A model generated the notes under the pieces. The model saw only the letters and a list, made by a program, of their open reading frames with translations, ran no database searches and was not told the DNA's origin. DNA of 64,000 bases, from the NCBI RefSeq assembly GCF_036321535.1, contig NC_087437.1:16432001-16496000 (forward strand). The letters run 5' to 3'. A program made the position numbers and the translations under genes. Below, piece after piece: positions 23,888-36,230 of the stretch; position 1 is the first letter of the stretch, and every line of letters begins with the position of its first letter. Source of the DNA: Camelus dromedarius. Taxonomy: Eukaryota.

Positions 23888-24244
23888 AGAAGTCTCTTTC
23901 GCTTAGACATACTTGGTGCTTAGCAAACCAAGATCTGTGCCCAGAGGAGATCCAGACAGTCAGGTTGAAAATGATTTCCCTAAGAGATTGCAAGGACTCA
24001 GAGTGATTTTTTAAAAACTGATAGGCCCAGAAAGTACATAACAAGATTGTGGGGAGGAGTTGAGGGTTCTGTGTTGGAGCCAACTGGGGCACAGGGGCCA
24101 AGTGAGACAAAGAAATTCATGGATTCAAACTGACCGATTACTGGTGTGAACTGGAAAAAGGAGATGAGGTGCCCTCCCTCCTGCGGGTTCCCACAAGCTT
24201 CTCCCCTTCAGAGCTCTGGCAGGTATCAGAGGATTAATTCACAC

Positions 24245-24419
24245 ATCCCAGAGGCTGTGCCTTGTTACCAGGATCAGAGCCTCAGCATTGTCAGCGCTGC
24301 AAAGGTAGTCCTGGGTCTGACTCACCCCAGCCAACTCACAAAAGCCTTTTCTTACCAACCAAAGGCCAACTGATTCATTTACATGGACTATGTAACCAGC
24401 TGCCCAGACTGGATCAGCG
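24245..24419 (+). repeat. Copy 2 of a ~170-bp diverged direct repeat
   Basis: See copy 1; offset ~2310 bp. Confidence 0.9.
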
Positions 24420-24787
24420 TTTAGGCACAAAAAATGATTATGGTATCCAGCCCTCCACCCTGTGCTGCACTCATTTACACACAGTATAGGATTCCCAAAG
24501 ATAAAGTGTAAGGAATTCCAATGAAATTTGCATTTCCCCCACTTTCTCACTTCGGTGATGCCCCCTCTGCTGGTGTTCTAAAGGTGGGTCTGATCTGCCC
24601 ATGGGATCATCCAGCCCTGCCCCTCACGGTGACTTGTCTTCTGCTCAGCACTGGAGGCTCCCACAGGGCAGGCATAAGCGTCTGCATAGTCCCAGCCCGG
24701 GCTGGGCAGAAGCACCAAGTAGACGGCCTTCTCCAGTGAGGCGATCTGAAGAGAGTTCAATAAAGGGCTTGTTTACAAAGATGTGGC

Positions 24788-25242
24788 CAGTGGTTCTCAA
24801 CCTTGCCACACACTGAATACCCTGGAGAGTCTTAAATATTATCACTGCCTAAGCCTCACCCCCAGAGAATCTGATCCGGTTCATCTAGAGCTTTACCACC
24901 CAATAAGGTAGCCACATGTGGCTCCTGAGAATTTGCAATGTGGCTAGTCCAAACTGAGCTGTGTTTTAAGTGTAAGCTGTGCACCAGATTTTGATGCCTA
25001 GGTAGAAAAAAAAATGCAAAATATCTCATTAATCTATAGAATGATTTCTTGTTGAAATGAAATATAGAAATTGATTTTATCTATTTCTTTTTACTTTTAA
25101 TAATGCAGCTACTTGAAAATCTAAGATTACAAACAGATTGTACAGCACCGGTCCAGAGCACAGCCTGGGCATCAGGCTGGAAGTGGTTTTTTTTAAACAT
25201 CCTGAGATGATTCTAATGTGCAGCCAGGATTGAGAAGCGCTG
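24788..25242. mobile_element. MER5A MITE split by a MER33-like element
   Basis: cagtggttctcaacctt...gattctaatgtgcagccaggattgagaagcgctg. Confidence 0.8.
24891..25150. mobile_element. MER33-like hAT-Charlie MITE
   Basis: gtagccacatgtggctc...aatgtggctagtccaaactgag...aagtgtaa; flanks atctagag / gtccagag as a decayed 8-bp TSD. Confidence 0.75.
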
Positions 25243-26539
25243 GTTCAGAGAAATCATAAGAGACAACGCGGTAGCCTGGGACCAGCAGAAGCAGGGAGCA
25301 TTTAGCGCTCCCCAGACTGCAGGGGCAAAGGGAGGCAGTGGTTATAGAAACAGAGGGAGGGCAGCTCTATGAGAACTGCCCGGCAGGAGCTGTGGTCTTT
25401 AGAAAAGGAATGAGGCAGACTCCAGATCAGTAGGGAGAAAGCCAGGGAAATAAACACCCTCTCTGCTTGCCTTGAATCATCTCCAGGGGCTGAACCTTTT
25501 GAGAGCCCAGTGACAGGGAGCCCAGCTGATGCAGCCCATACAGGTCAGCCTCCCTGGATCAAGACTAAAACTGAAAAGGGCAGAGAGTGGATTTGAAGGG
25601 GCAAAGGGAAGGTATCCAACTCAGGCACGTACTGGATGTTCTGGGAATAAACAAAGAGCCCACAGATAAAACACAAAAACCCTCACCGTAGTAGCATTGA
25701 CCACTTGTAGGCTGTGCGCACCTTCCATCTCTCCAGTCCTCAGCTCTGGATTCATGCCCAGTGAGAAATGCAATCAGCAGCATTTGAGGTACTCAGAATA
25801 GTTTTCAAAGCTAGGAAACCCCTCGTCGTCATCCTCTTTACTCACAAACTGTAGCTTCAAAAAAGTCCTTGATTACTTCCATTTCTGCAGGAAAAAAGTG
25901 TCAACCAACAGTACTCATAACCATAGTAGGTTTCCGTGTATGGGGTGCTCACCACGTGCCCGGCACGGGGCAGGGTGCAGCACATAAATCATGTGCAGTG
26001 TGCCTCTACACTTCTTCTCAGTTTCACAGTAGACATTACATATTATGCATCAGGATGTAAAAATGGAATTATGTTTATTTCAATTCATCCTGAGGTCCCA
26101 AAGAGAGAAGAGAAACACATTTAATGTCAGTTATCCTCGCAATCCAAAGGCTGACATCCAAGGCTTTGGTAAGGTGTGCTAAGCTATCATTAATCTGCCT
26201 ACATTCTGGCTGCAGGGATGGTGGATGACTGAGGCATGACCTTCAACCACAAGAGTGCAAGAGACCAAGCCAGACCACTCAGGCACCTATCGAGCTCCGC
26301 TTAGGTCATAGCTACCACAGTTCCATTGTCGAGTCCAAGGTCAACAGGGGGGCAAAGGACACTCTGTCCATTCTAAGGCCCTGAAGGAACACACATGGCA
26401 GAGGGAAGGAGTGCAGAATCGTGATCGATAACCAGTCCACATAATCATAGCAACAACCCAATAATGCAAAGAGAAAAGAAGCAGTTGAGGTCCCCAACCC
26501 CACTCCAGGCGCCCCAGCTCAGAGCAGCCTGGGGGAAGA

Positions 26540-27700
26540 TGTTTAAGCTTGATGAGAGTGTGGAATTACATAATTAGGGCACTGGATCGGATGTTTTAGT
26601 TACGGAAATGAGAACTTCCTGGAGACTAAAACTAGTCAGAGGACACATGGTCATCTGAGAGTGACCTAAAAAAAAAATAAAAGGAGTACGAATTTATTCA
26701 AAATTCCACCTAAGGCCAGGGAAAAACAAATCTGCATATCATGTTGAAATGCACTATGGATGGAGTGGTGCGTTTGTTACCAGAACCCCCACTTATCCAG
26801 GTCATGCAGCAAACCAAACCCGTATGCTATATTCCAACCTGCAACTTGACCGTTTATTTGACCTTCTTCATGTAGAAAAACCAACAGCTTTGTCCTTAGA
26901 CGATTTATTGAGTTTAATATGTTTAAACATAGTTTAAGAGAAAATATTTCTAAGAGCAGCCTTTAAAGATGGTCTTTACCGCCCCCCTTCAAAATATTTA
27001 CAGAAAAGATGAAAATCAGAATGTTTTCAACCATACCCAAAAGAAATCTGTTGTATTCTAGTTAAGATTCGCAGAAGGGGAAAGAGGAAGTCTGTCACAA
27101 TGAAATACAAAGCAAAAAAAAAAAAAACAGAAGCCAGAAACCATGAGGTTTATTCTTCGCGGACTTGGAGATACACCCCTTCCTCAGGAAAAGGAGGTAA
27201 AAGGAACTGAGGACTTGTTAAAGATACAAAATGGACCGTTTTCCCTTCTAGGGCTTGTCTGATAATACACTTTATGATCAAGTCAAGTTGACTGGGCCAT
27301 TTCCCTATATAGGCCTATTTACATAAAACTACCCTCCCCACACTCCTACCCAGCCCCCAGGACTGCTGCCCGGGGAGGAGGTCACCCCAAGGAGGCCACT
27401 TGGTGGCCATTGTTTCGCATTTCACAAAAGGCATCTTGCACAAGTGCTAGGAGTCAAGTTCTAGGAAGTCGCTGAGCCCGTTCCTCATCAGAGGCCCCTT
27501 CCCCTGCAAGTCCTAGAGTCTTGACCTGTTATGGTCAATTCACCTTTCCCTGCCCACCAAAAACCACTGAGAAATAAAGACAGCTCTCTTACTAAAGGAT
27601 TTGTGCCTTTTCCTGTGGTCTTCCTCCTGGAAAAATGATAAACTGATGTCAACTGAGCTGATATTTTATTCTGTATTAAAAATGACAACTCACATTCCCC
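26540..27700. promoter_or_regulatory. Candidate enhancer: repeat-poor block rich in TF motifs
   Basis: TTACATAA at 26566 and 27319, AAAGAGGAAGT at 27081, CArG CCTATATAGG at 27304, TTGCACAA at 27436, TTCTAGGAA at 27459; function is inferred. Confidence 0.45.
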
Positions 27701-27739
27701 TATTTTAGTGCATAAAGTCTTGCAACTCTGCCATTTCTC

Positions 27740-27868
27740 AGATAAAAGTCAAGTTCTCTCATCTTCTCAAGGACGAATACCTTGTCTTGTTCATCTCTGC
27801 GTTTCCAGTCTCCAGCACAGTGTTCGGCACTGCATTCATTCAATGTTTGAGATCACATGAATAAATAG
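27740..27868 (+). mobile_element. L2 3' end
   Basis: cttgtcttgttcatctctgcgtttccagtctccagcacagtgttcggcac...tcaatgtttg. Confidence 0.65.
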
Positions 27869-28095
27869 AGGATCCTGGGGTCATAGGAGACCCCTGCATG
27901 TGTAGCTGACTAAGGGATAACTGAGAAGGAAGGACAAAACAGGGCATGACGTGATTTCTGCATGTGCTTTTCCCTCCTTTCCCCTCTGCCCACCCTTTTT
28001 GGTGCCCAGGGGCTGGTGGTACCAGTGTGAAGAGTAGAGAGGTCTAGTGGAGGACACCTTTGAGTCACTGAGGTCCCTGCTTCCCTATTTATAGT

Positions 28096-28251
28096 CAGGG
28101 CTGGCTTCACGGGCAGTTGAACAGGGCCCTGTGTTCAGAAGACTTGGTTCAATGCTCTGTGTTCCCTTCTTGAAACCATTAATAATTTTTGAATAAGGAG
28201 TCCTGCCTGCATTTTCATTCTGGGAGCTTTGTAAATTACATAGCTGGTCTA
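28096..28251 (+). mobile_element. MER45A-like hAT-Tip100 MITE with intact 8-bp TSD
   Basis: cagggctggcttcacgggc...gtaaattacatagctggtcta flanked by tttatagt at 28088-28095 and 28252-28259. Confidence 0.8.
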
Positions 28252-30699
28252 TTTATAGTATAAGATGGGGAGAACTGGGGGAGGGTGGGTAATGCTAAGT
28301 TTCTGCCCAACAAGGACATTCTAAGAGTCCATTGCTTTCACTGGCCTCCTAGGAACAAATACAAGCATCCTCCAGGGGACACCCTCAGCTCAGCACCACC
28401 TCCCTCCCTCTGGCATTTGTGAACCTGGAGTCATTTTCAGCATCTGACTCTTAAACTTTGAAGTTTGAGTGGAGAACAAAGAAGCTGATCTGTCTTACCT
28501 TTAACTTTCCTGCTTATATTTATTCATTTTAATTACTTTCCCGGCTAGATAAGAATATTCTATTGGATTATTTAAGGTCAAAATATTTCCCCCCAAATGG
28601 GTAATACACACATAAAAAAAAATCTTTAATTTTTTTTATTAAACTCTGCCGATGCTTCCCCTATATCTACTTTAACTTCATTTTTCTTAGAATTGTCATA
28701 AATAATTTTAAATAGAACTTATTCATTCTCCTTAATTCTTTGCTCTTTAACTGCTGCTTCAGAGAATTGTATTTCCAGAACAACTTCTCATATGGTCACA
28801 CCTACTATGATGTAATCAATCAAATGAAGGTTCACAGAAAAAAATTTATTAACTCAGCAGAGCAAAGCCTCCTGCCAGGTGCTTAGCTGAGTTATTAATA
28901 TTGGAAATGAGTGCTGAATTGATGATCAGTAGAAAAACTTCTAAGTAGACATTGGTTTTAAAATTTGATTTCCCCATCCCTAATGAAAGAACTGTTCATA
29001 CTATATTTCACTGTATAAAATGTGTTGAAGCTGTACGTACTTTCATTCTAATATCTGCTCTAATGAAAGCCCCGAAATGTCTTTATTAGCTCTGTGATGT
29101 TTGAGCCCTGCTATTGTAACATATCAATCTGAAATCAGAAGCTACATGTTTAATATTTGTTCAAAAATCATTGTTGTTTTCACTCATGCTTTCGTTCAAC
29201 TTAATCCCCACAGTAAATGATTGATATCCACAGTAGGCAATACCGACACACACTGATTTCCAGGAGTTTTTTTGTACTGCTTTTGGGCTGGGGTTGTGAC
29301 CGACTGCAGCAGAGGGCAAGAAGCCCTGGGGCTCTGTTCAGCCATCTCTCCATCTCCAGGTCTGATCAGGCAGGAGATTCCTGCCATTCCCTCCCTGGTC
29401 TTTGTCCACAAGGGGCAGCCAAGTCTGAGGGCGGGCAGAGCAATGTGGGTGGAGGCCAATGAGGCCGTCTGAGGTGTTCAGCGTTCTGAGGAAAGGCTCT
29501 GGGAAGGGAGGGGAGGTGTCCTTCAAGTTCAACGCCCTCATCTTAGTCCACATGGAACTGGACACATTTGAGAGAGCAAGTGTCAGCCCCCTCCAGTACT
29601 TTTCTCACATCACCTCATTCCAGAATCTCAGATCCACTCAGTTTCTGAGTCCTAAAGCCCATTGGTACCCACAGAGGTTGCGGGAGGTTAGGGTCAGCAT
29701 CTCACGGAAAACACTTTGGGGAAGATTTATCCATCATTAACATCTAGACGTTATTCTTGCCTCCCACGTTGGTTACGTAACTTACGTAAATGTCTCTCAC
29801 TGTCCCTGTTTTCCTAGCACAGTTTGAATTCACAGGACTATTTTGTTATCTGTAAAATAGTGGAAGGCTTTCTAGAGTTTCCTCTTAGCCTCAAAATGCT
29901 ATGATTCTGTGATTTGAGGGGAGATGAGGAGGTTTTTCTGTCATCTTCTCTCTATCGGGGAGGAGAGGGCAGATGGAGAGCAGGCTGGGGCCGAGGCAGC
30001 CAGGAGAATCTGCAGTGGCAGCTGTAGCGAGGTGATGGGAGTGTGGAGTTTGACACTCGCGTGTGCTCTCTGTGTTAACTTACACGCATCTTAACCAAAC
30101 TGCATCAGATGTTTCTGTGGATTGGAGATTCAGAAGATCTGTTTCCCAACTGTTCTCTAACTCTGACAGCTCTCCAAAAGTTGTCTTCAAAATGCCAGGA
30201 TCCCTTTTGCTTTCTTTCAGTAAGAATACTTAAGCAGCATCGCTTTTATCAACAAAAGTGGTGACAAAAATAATAGCGATTAAGGATCTGTTGTCCAGAG
30301 AATTTCTGAAGGATTTTTGTCCTTTATGAGTCTATGAATCTGTGGATTCTAGAACTCCTTAGTTTTGCAATCTCTCCCTCTCTCCCTCCCTCCCTGCTTC
30401 CCTCTTTCCCTCTCTTTCTGCCTCTCTGATGGTCTCCCCTCCCCTCCCTGACCCCTCATCATTCTGAGGAAAGGGAGAAGACAGGGAGTTGTCCAGAACA
30501 AAGGTGGCCAGAATTTGTAAGCCGTTTGTTCTCTCTTTCTGCAGCCACTGAGGGGAAGCTGAGCAAAAAGGGAGAAAAACGTGCCCAGCACCCTCATTTC
30601 ACAAAGCAACGGAGGCTCAGAGAGTTTATTCTTCCTGAAGCCTGTTCCCATCCTGCCCTGCTCTCCAGCCTGGCACACCCACGCTTCCTGCAGATGCCA

Positions 30700-31010
30700 T
30701 AATCTATAATTGCAAGATGCCCATTTGGGGCTTTCTGTGATTCAGCTCCGACCTACCTTTCCAGACCTTTCCCATCACAGACCCTTGTGTTTCCCAAGCC
30801 AACTTTCTTTCTATTCCTCACATATCTATCATATTTCTCTCCTTCCATGCCACTACTTACAGAGTTCCTTCTGCTAAAAATGCCCTTCCTCCTTCCCCAC
30901 ATCCTCAAGTGTCAACTTTGGTCATCTCTCAAGGTCCAAGTCAAATGCTCTGTCTTCCACAGGCCAATGGCAGTCTCACCAGATGTCCAGGAACAGCTCT
31001 TCCTTCCACC
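30700..31010 (+). mobile_element. L2 fragment
   Basis: gttccttctgctaaaaatgcccttcc...tcaaggtccaagtcaaatgctctgtcttcc. Confidence 0.6.
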
Positions 31011-33547
31011 CAGGCCAGGCTGAACACTGCTGTTGGGTTCAGAGCTCAACTGCGTGCTGTCCTCACATGTGACACCTTGCCATTTTCATGACAGTCCACA
31101 AAGAATACCAGCTGGGCTCTCTGGAGATCTCAGGAGCTGGTGAACTGTCTGTAAAATAAGGCAGTTTCGACCCCTGCTCTGCTGATCCTGGAGCAGACTC
31201 CTTTGGATCGTTCCATGTATGGAGAGACTTGACTTCAAAACAAAACCCAAATTCGGTTTCCGCTTTTGTGGCTTTCAATGTGGGCTCATATTGGAATCCT
31301 TTTCTTTGAACCAGAATTGCTGAATACACATGTCTTTTCACTCCCAGTGAGCTGTCACACAGGCCTCTTCGGAGCCTCAGTTTCCAATACCCAGGAGGGT
31401 GGCTACACATCGATTTGAAGGGCCCAAACCCAACTTCCCAAACATGCTCTTTGCTTATATTCTGTAGCCTCGATGTTAGTTCAGACCATCCCCCCAAAAT
31501 GCCCTGAAGCAGCACAAATTCTGAGCCACCAAGCAGAACTCCAGAGAGTGCCTCTTGCCTGGGTGAACTACAAAACAAGAGCTCTCCACGGCGGAGGGCC
31601 CAGGAAAGCCTCTGCCGACAGCAGGCAGATGTTCCGTCTTGGCATCATCCCCAAGAAAGAACATCCTCTGCCGTCCGGTGCCCCCGGGCTGCAGCAGAGT
31701 AATGGGTTCATGTTACATCACAAGCCATCAAGTATTCTATGTTTAGCTTTCTCACCTGGGGCCTTAGGTGCTCTTAACCCCAAGATGTAGTCGAGAGTGG
31801 TTTTAAGTGCTCAGCCAAGCTATCCACCATGACCTCATTCGGCTCTCTTTTTCCGGCCAGTTTCTGTCTTTCTGTCTTTGTGCTTCAAAGAAGGGAAGAG
31901 GTAAAGTCCGTGTTACTCCCCCTAAACACCGAGGGGACCACAGCCAACTCTCCTGGTCTGGGTCCCATTATCCAAAAAAGGAATAGGAGGGAAAGGGCTG
32001 TGGAAACAAACGCTTACTCTTCTTTTGAAATCCGTGAGGAATGTCCACGATTTTCAACCATAAGATGGCAAAATGGGATAAGGTGATAAACAATGCAAAC
32101 AGTGCTACAACTGTTAAAGACAGAAGAAAGAAAGGAATGCAAAGAAAAGAGAAACTCAACACTAGGAATCGTAAATTCTGAAGGAAAAAAAAGATTTCTA
32201 GCAGGGGGAAAAGGGCCTTCTGTTGTCATCTCGCTATTGTAACCTGAGTGCCTCCCAAGGTTTCAGACTCCAAAATCAGATCTAATTAAAAGAAAATGGA
32301 AAAGGACTTGGAGCCTTTTCAGCTCTGGAGAACATGCAGACAAATAAATTAAAAAGTGGGAGAAGTGGAACTAACCCAATAATCCGTGAAAAGCTCATTT
32401 CCCTCCCCGCCGCCACTGAGGCAACAGTGTCCTTCCTCCCTCCCCGTTCGCTGGTTCAGGGGCAGTGAGTGAAGAAATTGGCTAACAAGATCAGAAAATT
32501 TAATTACAGTTCTGCTGTCCCCTTCCAAGGAGTTGGCTGTCACACTTCCCTTTTGCCGATCTTCAGAAGGCTCTGTCTCTGGTGAGCCTCCCCTCCGCTC
32601 CATCCCCCTCATCTCCCTACTTCGGCTCAGGACGGTGGACACAGATGCTTTCATTTGGGGGTTTAGAGGATTAGATCAAAAGATTAAAGGGGGCAGTTGG
32701 AAAAGAGAATACCATTATCCCCTCATTTCCTTTGGTGTGCCCGAGCAACTTTGCCTCGCTCTTATCCCAAGAGATGTAACGTGGGAGCCCCAAAAGCTTA
32801 GCATCCTCGCGTTCCAGACGTAACGAAGCCCTGAGATACTTTAGAAGAAGCACAGAAAATCGCGCCCAAGTGCTCATTTTGCAAGCCAACTCAGAGATAC
32901 AGAATGCCTTCCTTGAACAAGGTTTCTAACAAGATTCTGAAATGCTTTGGGCTCAAAATGAACCAACAAATAAAAGAATAATGTGATCAAGTCATGATTT
33001 CTGGCAGGAGGTAGAATGCAGAATGGTGTGTTAAAAACAAAAACTAAAACAAACAAACAAACAAAAACAGATATTTGCATTTCTGTCCTAGGATATTCAG
33101 AGATTTATGACCAAATCCAGGATGCCAACCATTGGAGAGTGACATGGAACAGGTGTCTTCAAAATTCAAAGTTTAGCTAATAAAAAAAAAGACTATTGGT
33201 TTGCGTGTCCATGCCTGGGTAAAGTAAGGTAGCCACACACAAGCTGTGTAGAGGTTCCTGGCATTCATGGGACTGAGATGCTACTTCTCTTCCCAGAATG
33301 TTGTTATCCCCAACATATATGAACCACCACAAATCTCTTCCCAGATTAGAGCAAGACAGATAAGCCCAGAAAAGTGCCTATGGTAATACGGGCAGCCTGC
33401 CTGCAGCGGCTTCAGGGAGGTGTTGACTTAGCTTGGTCAGTGGTGGTGGGAAGAAGAGGAGCCAACCAAGGACAGACAGGCAAGGAATCCATCACTGTGA
33501 TCAAGAAAGATGAGAATTTGTCTTAAACTCTCCTTCTTTAAGAGGTT

Positions 33548-34010
33548 TATCAGTTTGGATTACATTTGGCTGCACGTGATGGGAACCCTCCTCTCAGGAA
33601 ACAAGGAGTCCAAAAGGGGACAAGCCAATGCTGCCATGACAGCTCAAGGAAGTGTTCAAGGACTCCGACTCCTTCAGGCCTCTGGCTTTTCTGGTCTTAC
33701 CTTATGATTTGCATCCTCACAGCCATAGGAAGCAGTGCAATCTCTGTATTCCAGGCAGAAAGACCGGGAGGGGCAACAGGGAAAGGTCAACTGTTGGCCC
33801 CATTGGTCAGAATACAATAGCTTTCCTGAAAGTCTCAGTCAGCGGACTCTGCTTACATCCCGTCAACTAGAACTGGGTCCCATGGCCACCTTTACTTGAA
33901 GGGATACATCTAATTAGACACATCGCCGTCCTGCACTAATCGGGGATGTGTCAGTAAGGGGAAGAAGATGAGCACAGATGCTGAGCAGATGACTAGCAAT
34001 GTCTGGCACT
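33548..34010 (-). mobile_element. MaLR LTR (MLT1J-like)
   Basis: atcagtttggattacatttggctgca...ccagtagaactggg-type core...gactagcaatgtctggcac. Confidence 0.55.
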
Positions 34011-35227
34011 GAGCGAGTACTCAAAGGTGCCAAGGGAAATGAGAAATGAAGAAAACAGCAGAAAATGTCAGTCGGAGCACAGGTAGGCTTCTAGAGCCAT
34101 TGTCTGCTAGAAGCAAGGAGTGAGCGATGAGGAAACAAAAGCTGTGATGTGAACACTGCCTTCTGGAAGCTTGGGCCCACGCACCTGGGAACCAGATGTC
34201 TACCCTGGCCACAAGCAACGTTGTATCCTGGATGTACTGCTCCCCACCCAACTGAATCAGCCTACAGAGGTGGGGAAGATGCAGAGATGGTGAAGACACT
34301 GATGGGGCTGGAAAGTCACAGCAATAGCCCAAGTCTGCGAGCCCTTCCCCTTTCCCTAGAGAGTGCCCTTGGGGCTGGGCTGCAGGCCTGGAAGGGCATC
34401 GAGTTGGTGGATACAAATGATAGTGAAAAGCAGACAAAAAACCAAAGCACAGGGAATCATTAAACAAAAGACTTCAAAGTCCTCTGACCTCCCCTTGGCT
34501 TCCTCAGATCCTTGGACCAAAACATCCATTTGGCCAGAAGAAGGTCTGAAGCTGAGGGTCTGCCAGTCCAGGGATGGGCTCCTCCTGGCGGACTCGGAAG
34601 TGTAAGAGCCATTGTGGGCGGCCTTCTCAAGGATAGTAGCTCTCTCATCTCCTCTCTTGGTGTGGGGGGCGACTGGATGGCCTTGTATTCTCAAGCCCAA
34701 CAGCTCAAATGCACCTGGGGCCACCTGTCATCAGGGAGACGGGCTGTTTGTGCGTGGAAGAAAGAAACCGCAGGGAGTGCTGTATTTTTCAAGAAATTGA
34801 CAAAGGGGTATAAACAGGTAAATATGAACTGATGAGAGTTGTTCTTCTGATTCTTTGCCCAAAGATAAGAGGGGCATAGGGCTGCCTCCTTCCATCCACA
34901 CCCACCAGGGACTGGACTGAAGACTGAGGTCGCATCCAGCAGTGGTTTGTTTGCACACCTGTGATTCAGCCCACTGCCCCAGTGTTTACTGCACATCAGC
35001 TGAGTTTGTTGTGTAGCTGACAGTGTGCAAGGGGCTGCCAGATGGAGCTCAGTTAGGATTCAGTTAGGAGAATCCATCCCCCAGGGGTTGCTCATGGAAG
35101 CACCCAAGGGACAAACCTTTAACAGTCATGATACCTTAGGGCCATATATGTCTTCAGTATGCACAGAATGTTTGCAAATCCATTTGCAAATCCATCATTC
35201 TGCACATCGCCCTGTGAGGTCGTCTGA

Positions 35228-35495
35228 GAGACAGCATGCTGTGATGGTTGGAGCTCACACTCTGGATCCAGACTGCATGGGTTCAAAGTCTGGCTCTGCC
35301 ACTGTCTAGATGTGTGAATTGGGCCAAAGTTATTTAATCTCTCTATGCCTCAGTTTCTTCATCTGTAAAATGGAAACAGAACAGCTGCTATCGAACTGGA
35401 TTGTTGGGAGGATTCAATTGGTTATTTCCCATGAAGTCATGCAACAGTGCCCAGTTCATGATCAACTTTTGCTACATGTTCGGTATTACTACTCC
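35228..35495 (+). mobile_element. Near full-length MIR SINE
   Basis: ctctggatccagactgcatgggttcaaagtctggctctgccact...tgcctcagtttcttcatctgtaaaatgg. Confidence 0.85.
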
Positions 35496-35763
35496 CATTT
35501 TATAGATGCTGACCCTACTTGATACTCAGGGTAGAATGTCGGAGCTAAAGGAAACTTAGTCGTCATCTTTTACAGACAAAGAAATTGGGGCACATCATTC
35601 ATCAGGGGTACAGTCCAGGCCAGTGCCCTGCTCCTCAGGATGACAAGCAGCAGGCTTGGGCTTCAGTCCACTCCCTCTGATCAGGTGTTCTGAAGTCCTG
35701 TCCAGACCAAAAGGAAGCCAGACAACGTGCCTTCAAGGAGCCTGCAGACTGCCAAAAGTACTT

Positions 35764-36181
35764 GCATTGGTTAACTCTATGTGTCACCTTGGCTAGGCTA
35801 TGGTTCCAGATGTTTGGTCAAACACCAGTCTAAGTGCTGCTGTGAAAACATTTTTAAGATGTGATTTATATTTAAATCAGTAGACTGTGAATAAAGCAAA
35901 TTATCCTCCGTAGTTATGGGTGGGTCTCACCCGATCAGTTGAAGGCCTTAAAAGCAAAGACTGAAGTTTCCTAAAAAAGAAGGAGTTGTTTTTTTTTCCT
36001 CAAGACAGCAACATTGGAACCCTCCTGAGTTTCCAGCCTGCTGCCCTGCAAAACTCAAACTCAAGACTGCATCATCGGCTCTTCCCTGAATTTCTAAACT
36101 GCTGGCCTGTCCTACAGATTTCAGACTTGCTAACTCCCACAACCACATAAGCCAATTCCTTAAAATAAATCTCTCTCTCCC

Positions 36182-36230
<49 letters not shown>

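Larger units (their letters stand above)
24710..25623 (-). mobile_element. ERVL LTR33-like solo LTR hosting nested MITEs
   Basis: agagttcaataaagggcttgtttacaaagatgtgg...gcagagagtggatttgaaggggcaaagggaaggtatccaactca. Confidence 0.7.

Noticed and set aside
21927..24373. Similar peptides (…AKVILGL…QPKAN / …AKVVLGL…QPKAN) suggesting duplicated coding exons
   Set aside because: The similarity follows from the DNA duplication. There are no convincing splice sites, and one copy has a stop right after the shared block.
29306..29319. CTCF-like motif gcagcagagggcaa (similar one at ~7793)
   Set aside because: It is an imperfect match of the kind expected by chance in 64 kb and cannot be supported without a PWM score or ChIP data.
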